Virus record (IMG/VR): IMGVR_UViG_3300009183_000095
Location: 666 to 64,665 of that record
Length of the DNA: 64,000 nucleotides
Strand: one strand, 5' to 3'
Origin: a virus
Lineage: Duplodnaviria > Caudoviricetes
The translations under genes and the position numbers were made by a program. Of this stretch, positions 18,024 to 27,490 are shown piece by piece. The stretch's first letter is position 1, and each line of letters starts with the position of its first letter. The notes below the pieces were generated by a model that was not told where the DNA came from, ran no database searches, and was given only the letters and a program-made list of their open reading frames with translations.

Positions 18024-18027
18024 TGCG

Positions 18028-18225
18028 TTACTTAGCTTCTTTTTCAGCTTTTCTTGCATTTCTTACTTCTGTAATTTCATTACGCATTGCCTTAATTAAT
18101 TTAGACATATTTTGTAATGACTTACGAGCACGGGTTCCAGCGGCGTTATTCCCCTTTTCAAACTTTTCGTTTTCAAATAAGAAGTCTTCCATTTCTTTCT
18201 GGAGTAGATCTACATTTTTTTCCAT
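18028..18225 (-). CDS. Hc1-like (histone H1-like) small basic protein
   Basis: KFEKGNNAAGTRARKSLQ motif. Confidence 0.7.
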   Translation of the reverse strand: MEKNVDLLQKEMEDFLFENEKFEKGNNAAGTRARKSLQNMSKLIKAMRNEITEVRNARKAEKEAK

Positions 18226-18229
18226 TTTA

Positions 18230-18640
18230 TTACCTCATGTTATTATCACTTCTTGGCTTTTTGCCAATATTATATTTGGTCACTAGTTCCCACTCATTCT
18301 TTTCTTTGTAAGGAAGAACTTTAATTTGTGAGAGCATAGCTACCGGCTCTTTGGACTTAATGGGGTCTATAAGTTGTACAAGTCCCCATTCAGCAATCAA
18401 ATTTGCAATGCTATTTCTTCTTGCTTTATCTTCATCAGAGAAGTCCGATGGTTTTCCATCTAACAAGAACAATTCTTTAAAGTGCACAATATAGTACCGG
18501 CCTTGTTTATGAAGGATATGGCAAGATTGATATAGTCTTTGGTCTTTTTTTGAGGCTACGCCGATTCGAGTCAAGGTCTCTCTTACTTTAAGAAAGTCAT
18601 CTTCACTCTTTAATCTAACCTCCACTAGAGAGTCTAACAT
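18230..18640 (-). CDS. regA: translational repressor RegA
   Basis: DDFLKVRETLTRIG, LYQSCHILHKQGRYYIVHFKELF. Confidence 0.96.
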   Translation of the reverse strand: MLDSLVEVRLKSEDDFLKVRETLTRIGVASKKDQRLYQSCHILHKQGRYYIVHFKELFLLDGKPSDFSDEDKARRNSIANLIAEWGLVQLIDPIKSKEPVAMLSQIKVLPYKEKNEWELVTKYNIGKKPRSDNNMR

Positions 18641-19021
18641 TTATCCACCTTTTTGTAATTTTTGTTTTATCATATCGAGCTGCTGGGGGGATAATAACGC
18701 TAGAGCCTGGAGAGCCTTTTCATTGCTGTATCCATAGTATTCTTTAACCATCTCTAAACCATTAATATCCTGCTTCTTCACCCATTTAGCAAATCGTTTT
18801 TGGGGTCTTATGCTATTTAGCAGATAATGAAATTGTAATTTCTTATCTAGGAAGTGGTGTTCGTTTATAGAGTTAGCGTATAGAATGGTATCCTTAAAGT
18901 ATGAAAATGCCTTATTAACCATCCACGGATTATATCCCGTCTCGGCTAACTGCTCATTATCAGAATTACTAATTATATCTTTATGACTATTAATTGCGTT
19001 TACATATTCAAACGGATTCAT
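18641..19021 (-). CDS. gp62: clamp loader small subunit (gp62)
   Basis: YNPWMVNKAFS, KRFAKWVK, VKEYYGYS.EKA; synteny with gp44 and regA. Confidence 0.92.
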   Translation of the reverse strand: MNPFEYVNAINSHKDIISNSDNEQLAETGYNPWMVNKAFSYFKDTILYANSINEHHFLDKKLQFHYLLNSIRPQKRFAKWVKKQDINGLEMVKEYYGYSNEKALQALALLSPQQLDMIKQKLQKGG

Positions 19022-19272
19022 AATTTAATCTCTTTGTATTCACGAGGATTATCTAGACTAACTTCACTTTCAGTTTCAATCCATACTCTTGCCCCGCAAC
19101 TTAGAGGCTTATCAGGGGAGTAAATAACCTTACTTGGACCATTGATAGTGACGCCATCGGCATAACGATTGGACTTACTAGTTTTCACCGTAAAAACTGG
19201 AACGCGTTCATCTGTATCAACCTTACGATTGTGCCTGATGTACGCCTGGTTTACGTGAATACGAGTCTTCAT
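19018..19272 (-). CDS. conserved hypothetical phage protein
   Basis: IHVNQ..IR.N and PLSCGARVWIET motifs. Confidence 0.75.
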   Translation of the reverse strand: MKTRIHVNQAYIRHNRKVDTDERVPVFTVKTSKSNRYADGVTINGPSKVIYSPDKPLSCGARVWIETESEVSLDNPREYKEIKL

Positions 19273-20204
19273 TTGAACTCACATTCCACCATAATCTCAG
19301 TCAAGCAGGCAAGCATATTAATCTCTGCATCAGCTACAAAAGCAGCCTTATACTGATAGTCAGCTACAATTAAAATCAATTGAGGTATGCTAGACGGCTT
19401 AAGGAATTGAGCGGCAGAGTCGTAAAGTTTTCTAAAGAACGGTGCACTATCTAAATCATTATTCTCTCCAATCCAAGTACGAACGGATGTGAAATTTTTA
19501 TCTTTAAGATAAGAGATGAGTGTCTTTAGAGATTCATCTTGAAAGTTGGTAAGCATACCAGTATCAATTTTACCGGTAGCAGAATAGCGCTGGAGTTCGT
19601 TAAGAGTCTTTCTAAAGTCTGGAAAGTATTTTTCTACTACTCCTGCAACAGCTTTCTGATCATACTCTACATTCTCAAAACCAAGAATATCAACAACTCG
19701 TTTATAGAAAGCAGTAGCAATCTTTGGTCGTTCATCTTTAGGAATACTAAACTCAATGACGCTACACCTAGAGTGTAGTTCAGGGATAATTCTATTCTTG
19801 TAATTACAAGTTAGAATGAAGCCACAGTTCCTCGAAAACTCTTCCATAAAGTTTCGTAGAGCGGGCTGAGTAGAGTTAGGATTTAAGTAATCAGCTTCGT
19901 CGATAATAACATATTTACGACCACCAACAAGACTAACAGTGGATGCAAATGACTTAATATCGTTCCTAAGAGTGTCAATATTTCCATATAACGATCCGTT
20001 TATCATATAATAATCACAACCGATCTCGTCCATCATTGCACGAGCTACAGTCGTCTTACCTACCCCAGCCTTACCGGTAAGAATAAGGTTAGGAACATTA
20101 TCCTGCTCAATAAACTTCTTAAATGTTGCTTTATACTCAGCAGGTAAAATAGTATCTTCTATTTTGTGAGGGCGATACTTTTCAACCCAAAGAAATTCAT
20201 CCAT
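19269..20204 (-). CDS. gp44: clamp loader large subunit (gp44)
   Basis: LWVEKYRP, GKAGVGKTT, IIDEAD, SRC. Confidence 0.97.
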   Translation of the reverse strand: MDEFLWVEKYRPHKIEDTILPAEYKATFKKFIEQDNVPNLILTGKAGVGKTTVARAMMDEIGCDYYMINGSLYGNIDTLRNDIKSFASTVSLVGGRKYVIIDEADYLNPNSTQPALRNFMEEFSRNCGFILTCNYKNRIIPELHSRCSVIEFSIPKDERPKIATAFYKRVVDILGFENVEYDQKAVAGVVEKYFPDFRKTLNELQRYSATGKIDTGMLTNFQDESLKTLISYLKDKNFTSVRTWIGENNDLDSAPFFRKLYDSAAQFLKPSSIPQLILIVADYQYKAAFVADAEINMLACLTEIMVECEFK

Positions 20205-20229
20205 ATTAACTCCATAATAAAAAAATCAA

Positions 20230-20883
20230 TTAACCAAAAGTAGAATTAGCTTCAGTTGCAAGCCAATACGTAACATCCTTACCCTTAAATTCAGAAATAC
20301 TATTTTTAGAGATACTTACAGAATAGTCCCCTGGGAGCATCTTCAAATTATCTGCTCTAAAGATCATTCTAAATTTTAGATCAGTCTGTCCTAATGTAAT
20401 ACGAAAATCATCTGAGGTAGGATTTTTAGAGTCCATAGCTTGTAGATAAATTTCTCCATCCTGTCCTACTACCGCAAGCTCGGGTAGTTGCATTACACCC
20501 ATAGCCCTCATTGTACTGGCTAATTGTACTTCTTGCAACTCAAATTTGATCTCACACTCAGGCATCTTGATGTCTTTAGCAGGAGTAACAACTAAGGACG
20601 GATCTGCAAATGTAAATTTAACTTTCTGTCCTCCTCCTTTAACCACCATAAAGTTAGTATTAATATCTAACTCGGGAGAATTAAACAGAGATAGTACGCT
20701 TAGAAATTTAGAGATGTCATAGATAGCAAAATTAGAATCAATTTGCTCACCAATGGTTGCTTTAGCCATCATCGTTTTATTCGGGGTACAGGTAGTTAAG
20801 CTGTTCCCCGGTTTAAACACTATAGATGGATTAATCGTTGAAAAGTTTTTCAAAACTTGTAATGTTCTTCCTTCAATTTTCAT
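20230..20883 (-). CDS. gp45: DNA sliding clamp (gp45)
   Basis: LKNFSTINPSI, FAIYDISKFL, NLKMLPGDY, YWLATE. Confidence 0.95.
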   Translation of the reverse strand: MKIEGRTLQVLKNFSTINPSIVFKPGNSLTTCTPNKTMMAKATIGEQIDSNFAIYDISKFLSVLSLFNSPELDINTNFMVVKGGGQKVKFTFADPSLVVTPAKDIKMPECEIKFELQEVQLASTMRAMGVMQLPELAVVGQDGEIYLQAMDSKNPTSDDFRITLGQTDLKFRMIFRADNLKMLPGDYSVSISKNSISEFKGKDVTYWLATEANSTFG

Positions 20884-20905
20884 AATATAGACCTTTCAGT
20901 TATTG

Positions 20906-21871
20906 TTACGCTTGTGCTAGCTTCTTTTCTTTTTTAAGTTGTCCTACATCTGCGGTAGCCGATGCACCAATCTGCGCTAGATCGATTAATGAACCACCAA
21001 ATACATAACTACCAACGTGCTGTAGTTTCATCCAAGGACAGAACCATACCTTACAACCCATCTTCTCTACATTGTAACAGAACATATAGTCCTCAGATAG
21101 ATAGCGCTTCGAAGCTGTTTTTTCAGCAGTTAGTAACAGCTTGGCTAGTTCTTGAACTCCTTCAGACTTACCTTCAGCTACATCGGTCATAATTTTATGA
21201 AGAGCTTCTGGGCTATAACCTCTATCGATGATACAGTCAAAGTAGGCCATAATCTGTCTAGAGCCATCAAAATGTTCTGTACGAACATGATCAGGTTTAT
21301 ATTTTTGATTAGGATACACTTGATCGTATTTTGCAAAAACAGACTTCTTAATCATCATAAAGCCTGTACCAATTTCCATCACCTGTACTGGCTCTCCAAG
21401 AGGAATCTCTCTTTGACCTGATGCAGGATTAAAGACATAATCACCAACGAAGTTTTCAAGCTTGTTAGGATCTTCATCTGCGAAACCCTTATCAACAGCG
21501 TGCTTGATCTTCTCCCATGAAATACATTTCTTAGGATAAGGTCCTCCAATAACATCGTAAGGGCTATCATCGGTCTGCATTGCCATCATAGCAATAACAT
21601 CTTGCGGATTAAATCCAATATCACTATCAATGAACATCAAGTGAGTGGCATCACTTCGAATAAATTCATCCACACAATAGTTACGTGCACGAGTAATTAA
21701 TGACTCATTAAACAAATAGTATAGTTGTAGAGGAATACCGTACTTGGCACAAAAAGCAGATAAGTCTGCTACCGAGCGAGTATAGAGACCAGCACATTGG
21801 CCGCCATACATCGGTGTGGCTACAAATAATTTTTTCTTCTGTAGCTCTTCAATATTAATTTCTAGTTGCAT
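20906..21871 (-). CDS. GT-A fold glycosyltransferase-like protein
   Basis: LFVATPMYGG, ESLITRARN, LMFIDSDIGF (DXD), GTGFMMI, YLSEDYMFC. Confidence 0.75.
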   Translation of the reverse strand: MQLEINIEELQKKKLFVATPMYGGQCAGLYTRSVADLSAFCAKYGIPLQLYYLFNESLITRARNYCVDEFIRSDATHLMFIDSDIGFNPQDVIAMMAMQTDDSPYDVIGGPYPKKCISWEKIKHAVDKGFADEDPNKLENFVGDYVFNPASGQREIPLGEPVQVMEIGTGFMMIKKSVFAKYDQVYPNQKYKPDHVRTEHFDGSRQIMAYFDCIIDRGYSPEALHKIMTDVAEGKSEGVQELAKLLLTAEKTASKRYLSEDYMFCYNVEKMGCKVWFCPWMKLQHVGSYVFGGSLIDLAQIGASATADVGQLKKEKKLAQA

Positions 21872-22370
21872 GCTCTACTCCATATTTTTTATCGTGTTGT
21901 TTATTAATGCCGTAGTCACCATCATAGGATGAAAGAGCTTCAGCGTCGAAAAGTAAAAATTGACCAATTCGTGTGCCCTTCTTGATACGAGCAGGACCAA
22001 TAGTCACATGTAATACACCTGCCATTACTCCGTGATAACCCGAATCATATAAGCCAGATGTAATGAATAATCCATTTCTATTTAAAGTAGAACGAGTAAT
22101 AACCCACCCTGCTTCATTCTCACCCACCTTAATAACGTTCTCCATAACAATTTCATAACTTCCTACTGGAAGGAAAAAATAGCCGGAAGTATCGGGAGTC
22201 ATCTCGAAAGACGTACCTCGATGTTTTTTGTGGTCGTTGGAAATTTCAAAAGGATCGGTATTGATAACAAAGACTTTATCTAGTCTAAGATCTACCGCAT
22301 TGGGCTGGCTGTCGCCATCTAATATATTAGTAAGCTCTGATCTTGAATTAAGACCAAGTATGTGTTTCAT
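21855..22370 (-). CDS. trimeric dCTP deaminase/dUTPase family protein
   Basis: QPNAVDLRL, RSTLNRNG, YDSGYHG, RIGQ; likely start MKHILG at 22370. Confidence 0.85.
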   Translation of the reverse strand: MKHILGLNSRSELTNILDGDSQPNAVDLRLDKVFVINTDPFEISNDHKKHRGTSFEMTPDTSGYFFLPVGSYEIVMENVIKVGENEAGWVITRSTLNRNGLFITSGLYDSGYHGVMAGVLHVTIGPARIKKGTRIGQFLLFDAEALSSYDGDYGINKQHDKKYGVEHATRN

Positions 22371-22374
22371 TAAG

Positions 22375-23004
22375 TCATTCTCCAAAATAATAAGGATTTT
22401 CAACTGTCTTAAAAGCATAGACAGGTTCCATAGTGTTGTCAAGGAACTTCATTCTAATTACATTATTAGGTTGAGTCGGTTGGCTACCATCGAACTTAGT
22501 CGATGAAATATTTAGCTCTTCGTCCACGAACATCGGGGATATTTCATTTCTAAATAAAAATAATTTTCTTTCTTTTTGAAGTAGACAGCTAAAGGTACCG
22601 TCCATTTCGTTAAGCGCGCTCCAGCCCCTACTAAGATCTACTAGCATGATAAGGGTATCCCAGTTAATATAAGCTGGATATTTTTCTGCCCTCAATTTCT
22701 CAATTACAGATGCTTTAATAATCCCGTTATGCCACAAATACCATCCGTTCAATATAGCTGGATGTATGGAGGTTGTATCTTTCGTATCAGAAGTAGGAGC
22801 TTGTACGTGCACAATTCCATAATAATACTCAGGTACATCGATTTTATCTAGATTAATGGGACCAAGTTGCTGAGATACAATATTTAGTGTACCTGTACCG
22901 TAGTTAAATAAAGAAAAAGAATGGGAGTGTTGTCCTCGATAAGAATTGAGTTCAACTAACTCCCTAAGTTTTTTAGTATTTTTAGACCCTACAATAGCAC
23001 ACAT
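22375..23004 (-). CDS. stand-alone class II (Ntn) glutamine amidotransferase
   Basis: N-terminal MC nucleophile (MCAIVG), YRG, HP, WHNGII. Confidence 0.8.
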   Translation of the reverse strand: MCAIVGSKNTKKLRELVELNSYRGQHSHSFSLFNYGTGTLNIVSQQLGPINLDKIDVPEYYYGIVHVQAPTSDTKDTTSIHPAILNGWYLWHNGIIKASVIEKLRAEKYPAYINWDTLIMLVDLSRGWSALNEMDGTFSCLLQKERKLFLFRNEISPMFVDEELNISSTKFDGSQPTQPNNVIRMKFLDNTMEPVYAFKTVENPYYFGE

Positions 23005-23507
23005 TAGTCTTTACCTTGAATAAATGCTTGAACGGCTATTATAGTAGCTTTTGGTTCAATATGCAAGTGCCCATTTCCTCCTTGCTGAATGAACTTATGA
23101 ATGACATCTACAGTATCATCAATCATGAATGATTGAGAGTTAGCGTATCCAGATTTAAACCGTCTTCCTGGAACTGTAACAACCGGATATTCAATATTGT
23201 TTTTCAAGCACCATTGCATCTTTTGTAATGATACCTCGGTATGTCTGTCAAAGCCTCCAGTAGAAGTAAGAATACTTTTTTGGATGCTTTTAGGTGTTTG
23301 ATGTAAGTAGTCAAGCAGCTCGTCCATACCGGGAAACTTATCTAGATTTTTAAATCCATCATCATCTACAAATTGATGCCAGTACTTAGTATAGAGACCC
23401 TTTTCTTTTTGGTCTCTTACCTCTTTAGGAGAGATGCCAAATCTCTCTTCATATGTCTTTTCAAAATTGGATAAGACACCATCCATATCAATATAAATTG
23501 TTCTCAT
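23004..23507 (-). CDS. HAD-family 5'(3')-deoxyribonucleotidase-like protein
   Basis: IYIDMDGVL, ILTS, K..W, MIDD. Confidence 0.85.
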   Translation of the reverse strand: MRTIYIDMDGVLSNFEKTYEERFGISPKEVRDQKEKGLYTKYWHQFVDDDGFKNLDKFPGMDELLDYLHQTPKSIQKSILTSTGGFDRHTEVSLQKMQWCLKNNIEYPVVTVPGRRFKSGYANSQSFMIDDTVDVIHKFIQQGGNGHLHIEPKATIIAVQAFIQGKD

Positions 23508-23516
23508 ATTTCACCA

Positions 23517-24281
23517 TTACGTAATAAGATAACTCCACGGGATTTGTTTAGCATAAGGAATGGGATCAACCATCTTTGCTTTAATAAAATTCTGAATACG
23601 CTCACTACACGAAGGACACTCTCCGCAACTCTCACCTACTGGTGTAGGATTATAGCAGGTCAATGTGAACTCAAGTTTAACATCACCAATCTCTTTAGCA
23701 ATCTCAATCTCTTGATACTTAGACAATAGACTAAAAGGAGCTTCTAGTTTTACTTTATGAGTCCTATTTTGATTAGCAACTGCGTTCATCGAGTCAACAA
23801 ACTTCTGAGTAGTATCCCAGTACCCATACTCATCATGTACTTGCAATCCAGTAAATACATGAGAGGCTTTATTAGCTTCAGCGAAAGAAAAAGCCAGAGA
23901 GTTAAGAATCATATTCCTAAACGGTACATAAGTCTTTGGCTGAGGATCTCCTAACACATCTTTAATAGTAGGCATCGCAACATTAGTACCACCAATATTA
24001 GCAGACATGTTTTTAGCAATTTCACCTAGAATATTAAGATCGAGAATCTTATGCTCAATGCCAAGATACTCACAAGTAGAAGCTGCCATCATCAACTCTC
24101 GTTTCTGCTTCTGCCCATAATCATATGATAGAGCAAACACTCGTTTATTACCATACTTCTTAGCCAAGATATAAGTCATAATGGTACTATCCATACCACC
24201 AGACAATACACTAACTACGTTTTCGTTTGTTTCCGGTAGACTTTGCAGAGCTTGTTGTAGGTTCATATTTTTCTCCATCAT
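23517..24281 (-). CDS. queC: 7-cyano-7-deazaguanine synthase QueC
   Basis: SGGMDST, YDYGQ, YVPFRNMI, TCY...CGECPSC. Confidence 0.95.
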   Translation of the reverse strand: MMEKNMNLQQALQSLPETNENVVSVLSGGMDSTIMTYILAKKYGNKRVFALSYDYGQKQKRELMMAASTCEYLGIEHKILDLNILGEIAKNMSANIGGTNVAMPTIKDVLGDPQPKTYVPFRNMILNSLAFSFAEANKASHVFTGLQVHDEYGYWDTTQKFVDSMNAVANQNRTHKVKLEAPFSLLSKYQEIEIAKEIGDVKLEFTLTCYNPTPVGESCGECPSCSERIQNFIKAKMVDPIPYAKQIPWSYLIT

Positions 24282-24549
24282 CCTTTAATTCTTGTCCGTA
24301 TAATTTAATTTCATATTCTGCTCTATTTACTTCTTTTATTTCGTAAGTATTGTTAAGTGACTCTTCAAACTTCTTCCACGAATTAAGATTGTACCCTCTA
24401 CATGGTATTTCGTAAGAAAACCCATCTGACATCTTAGCCGTCATTATAAAATACGCGTCCCGATCAACTTTAGGTTCTTGTTTTTTATTTGTTGTCGTCG
24501 GCGTGATTATAGGCTTTTTGTTTGAGGGCTTCAACATAGATTGCGGCAT
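24211..24549 (-). CDS. hypothetical protein (start uncertain)
   Basis: Fills the gap between queC and the upstream gene; the true start may be downstream of 24549. Confidence 0.5.
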   Translation of the reverse strand: MPQSMLKPSNKKPIITPTTTNKKQEPKVDRDAYFIMTAKMSDGFSYEIPCRGYNLNSWKKFEESLNNTYEIKEVNRAEYEIKLYGQELKDDGEKYEPTTSSAKSTGNKRKRS

Positions 24550-24700
24550 CCAATAACTCCTCCTGTAAGTGAATAAGCCATTGTAATGTAGATAAGTCGT
24601 CTCTTTCTGTTGTTACACCGTACTTCTTATACCCTGCTTCCATTCTAGTTTTGAGCATGTTGGATACGCGTTGTACATTGGGGTCGATCCATTTTTCCAT
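24485..24700 (-). CDS. small all-alpha NTP pyrophosphohydrolase-like protein (MazG superfamily)
   Basis: G.KKYG...DL...WL.HLQEELLDAAIY with an EExxD metal motif. Confidence 0.55.
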   Translation of the reverse strand: MEKWIDPNVQRVSNMLKTRMEAGYKKYGVTTERDDLSTLQWLIHLQEELLDAAIYVEALKQKAYNHADDNK

Positions 24701-25629
24701 TATTGTCTCGCAGTCTTAGTACACGGTATGTTATGAGATGCAATATTAGCAATACCATCAATTAAGAAAGTATTAGAAGCTCGTATAGGATTAATATCAA
24801 TACCACCACGGCGAGTATATAAACAAGTAACCAATAGTTCGGTAGGCTCTAACATATCATGTAATCGTTTATAGATGCATTCACAAATCTCTTCATGAAA
24901 ATGATTCTCTCGTCTCATAGACACAATATACTGCAATAGAGACTCAGGGGTAACTGTTTTCTTACCTCTAATATGAATATAAACATCGCCCCAGTCCGGC
25001 TGATTAGTTACTCTACAGTTCGATCGCAACGAAGAAGATCTCCACTTATCAGCATAGCGCCCGGAGCTGTCTACTACTTGTAGTATCTCTGGGCTCTCGT
25101 TATAGTGAGAAAAGTCAATCTCTTCTACATTAACAAAATCTTCTAGGGAAACAAAATCACCATTCAATGGTCTTTGAGTATCAAAGTCACCGGTAAATAT
25201 ACTACAATGTACTTTTCCTCCAACTGCTTCACTCATATGTCTTTCAATGGTCTCCTGAACGTTATACAGACCATCCCAGGTCCACATCGTCTTTGCCATA
25301 TTATAAGAGTTTAAATAAAGCTTAACAGACTTTGACTCAACAATATTAGGAGTATCAGAGCTATAAGCGAACTTAAGCCAGCCAGAGACAGGAAAGCCGT
25401 TAACCATAAGAGTGGAAAACTCATAAGCGTTCCATGCATCTGCTCCAACAAACGGAAGAGATTCCTCTTCAATATCATACTGCGTACGATTAAGTTTGCG
25501 CGGTACAGCAACCAAAAGACTTGCATCGACCTCATCAGGTGTGACATATGGCTTAACAATAGACCCATCTCCTGCCTTTCCTAAATGAACAGAAACTAGT
25601 TTATTTAATTCTTCTTGATTATCACTCAT
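24700..25629 (-). CDS. queF: NADPH-dependent preQ0 reductase QueF (bimodular type II)
   Basis: QueF motif VESKSVKLYLNS, catalytic LRSNCRVTNQPDWG, FHEEICE, YTRRGGIDINP. Confidence 0.95.
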   Translation of the reverse strand: MSDNQEELNKLVSVHLGKAGDGSIVKPYVTPDEVDASLLVAVPRKLNRTQYDIEEESLPFVGADAWNAYEFSTLMVNGFPVSGWLKFAYSSDTPNIVESKSVKLYLNSYNMAKTMWTWDGLYNVQETIERHMSEAVGGKVHCSIFTGDFDTQRPLNGDFVSLEDFVNVEEIDFSHYNESPEILQVVDSSGRYADKWRSSSLRSNCRVTNQPDWGDVYIHIRGKKTVTPESLLQYIVSMRRENHFHEEICECIYKRLHDMLEPTELLVTCLYTRRGGIDINPIRASNTFLIDGIANIASHNIPCTKTARQ

Positions 25630-26162
25630 TAGCGTCCTTCCAAAAAATTCATAATTGTTGTAACTCTATCTCTAACAGTACCTTTAACTCGTTGCATAGG
25701 TAATTTTCTTTTTTCTATCTGATGTTCAAATAGATCAGCAATCTTATCTCTAAACTTCGTATCAGTACTTCTCGTTCCATCATCCACAATATCAAATTCA
25801 GGTTCAATATAAAATACATGATCGTACATCGGCCATACTTTATCAAATACTTGATTAACATACTCTAACGTTGGCTGATTAATATGAGCAAGATTATACA
25901 GGTAGTAAGAATAAACTACCCCATCTAATACAGTACGATCAGTAAGCATATCGTTATGAAGAAAGACATTAACAATATGCTCATTCATAATTAAACGCTG
26001 AGTATTATCATTACCTTGCTCATTGATCGGTAACCCATACCCCTTCACCCTGCGTGTTACTTCATCGCAGATAGTATATTTTTCAAATAATTTTTCCGAG
26101 CGCAAAGCATTAAGTAGAGTAGTTTTACCTACCGACTGCGCCCCACTAATTCCAATTCTCAT
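25629..26162 (-). CDS. NadR/AAA_28-like P-loop nucleotide kinase
   Basis: GAQSVGKTTL, DRTVLDG, DDGTR. Confidence 0.8.
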   Translation of the reverse strand: MRIGISGAQSVGKTTLLNALRSEKLFEKYTICDEVTRRVKGYGLPINEQGNDNTQRLIMNEHIVNVFLHNDMLTDRTVLDGVVYSYYLYNLAHINQPTLEYVNQVFDKVWPMYDHVFYIEPEFDIVDDGTRSTDTKFRDKIADLFEHQIEKRKLPMQRVKGTVRDRVTTIMNFLEGR

Positions 26163-26709
26163 TTAATAGTAACCTCGTCTTTATAAAATCAACCCATAGT
26201 TGTATGGATATAAATTTTAGTTTAGTACATAGTGAGTCAAGCGTCTCACCCTCTTCAATGCTGCATGTTTGAATACGTAGAATCTGCCCTGCGTCTACTT
26301 CAGGTACTACACTATGAATTACAGTTCCAGTGGAGGGAAGTTTTAGATCTAAAGCTTTCTGTTGAGGATCTTTACCTTTAAGAGATGGGTAAGTTACTAT
26401 GTCGCCTGGATGTCCGTTGAATATATTGAACTCATTACAAATATGTTCCGGTAATATTCTAAGATATCCGTGAAGAGTAATAATCCAAGAAGCTTCTATT
26501 TCGTACCTAACAAATGACATTATATCATCATGCTTTAACTTTACAACATTGTAAGTTTGCATATCTGGATGCCATTTACTCTCATCCATATTATTTGTAA
26601 GAACTATAGACGGTTGGTATCCTAGGTTATCACTTATACCTACAATCTCCGATCCAGTCTGACTGAATAAAGCTACCCAACCGGCCTTACGTATAACATG
26701 GTTACCCAT
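26146..26709 (-). CDS. PurN-like formyltransferase (candidate DpdN-type preQ1 formyltransferase)
   Basis: LFSQTGS, HGYLRILP, NGHPG, GTVIH.V..EVDAG (catalytic N/H/D retained); likely start 26709. Confidence 0.8.
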   Translation of the reverse strand: MGNHVIRKAGWVALFSQTGSEIVGISDNLGYQPSIVLTNNMDESKWHPDMQTYNVVKLKHDDIMSFVRYEIEASWIITLHGYLRILPEHICNEFNIFNGHPGDIVTYPSLKGKDPQQKALDLKLPSTGTVIHSVVPEVDAGQILRIQTCSIEEGETLDSLCTKLKFISIQLWVDFIKTRLLLNENWN

Positions 26710-27490
26710 TAACAATCGCTCTAAAGCACTCGACGTTATAGGTAATTCTGTTGAGAGTGTCATTATCAACCTCGCTATTAATCATAGTATAAAGTTTCTG
26801 AGAAGGTTTATCCTCTAGACCCTTATCACCATTATATCTTATTCCTTTTAATCCTGCAACTACTGGATTTGACGTATCAATAGAATCAATCCAAGTATAG
26901 CCTCTATATGATTCAAACTCCTGAGGTAGTCCACATCCAAGTAGGTGATGTGGCTTGTCTTGATTAATGATATCATTAGCTAACATATAGTGAATGAGTG
27001 CATCTCGCCCGTACATGTAATGATGAAACTTAGTAGGTAGTTTACCATTGACATCTTCATTTACAAAGAAAGAATAATCAAACGAAATAGCTATCTTATC
27101 AACATAAGATTCAATCTCTTGATAGCACCAAATAATTTCGTCTAAAGTTTTGCCTTGCACCACACCAATACATTGACCCGGTAGATCATGTAGCCAATTC
27201 TTAACGTTAGCAACTGTCTTTTCCGCTCCCTCTAACACATCGGGAATAATAAAAGCAGTAGGATGTAGATATTCGATCCACTTACAGTACTTGTTTTCAT
27301 CAAATGCTTCGCCGAGTTCAAAGATAGAGTTATCTAAAATAATTTCACGACCTTTATTCTTTGCCTTTACAAACAGATCTCGATATTCTTCACTCTCTTC
27401 AAACAAGTGAACTAGGGCATAATCATAATCAGTAACTTCCTGTATGCGAGGAAAAATAGAGATGGGGGCTTCGTGGGCAATCTTAATCAT
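26702..27490 (-). CDS. divergent TGT-fold transglycosylase (DpdA-like)
   Basis: IILDNS, IPDV, GVVQG, HHLLG and SIDTS occur in TGT/DpdA motif order; no C-terminal Zn site; embedded in the que cluster. Confidence 0.7.
   Translation of the reverse strand: MIKIAHEAPISIFPRIQEVTDYDYALVHLFEESEEYRDLFVKAKNKGREIILDNSIFELGEAFDENKYCKWIEYLHPTAFIIPDVLEGAEKTVANVKNWLHDLPGQCIGVVQGKTLDEIIWCYQEIESYVDKIAISFDYSFFVNEDVNGKLPTKFHHYMYGRDALIHYMLANDIINQDKPHHLLGCGLPQEFESYRGYTWIDSIDTSNPVVAGLKGIRYNGDKGLEDKPSQKLYTMINSEVDNDTLNRITYNVECFRAIVNG

Noticed and set aside
17690-18286. 198-aa plus-strand ORF and other antisense or nested ORFs in the track
   Set aside because: They lie opposite or inside well-supported genes and show no recognisable motifs; treated as shadow ORFs.
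26146-26709. purN for de novo purine synthesis
   Set aside because: No other pur genes are nearby and it overlaps the TGT-like and kinase genes; kept as a formyltransferase of unproven substrate.
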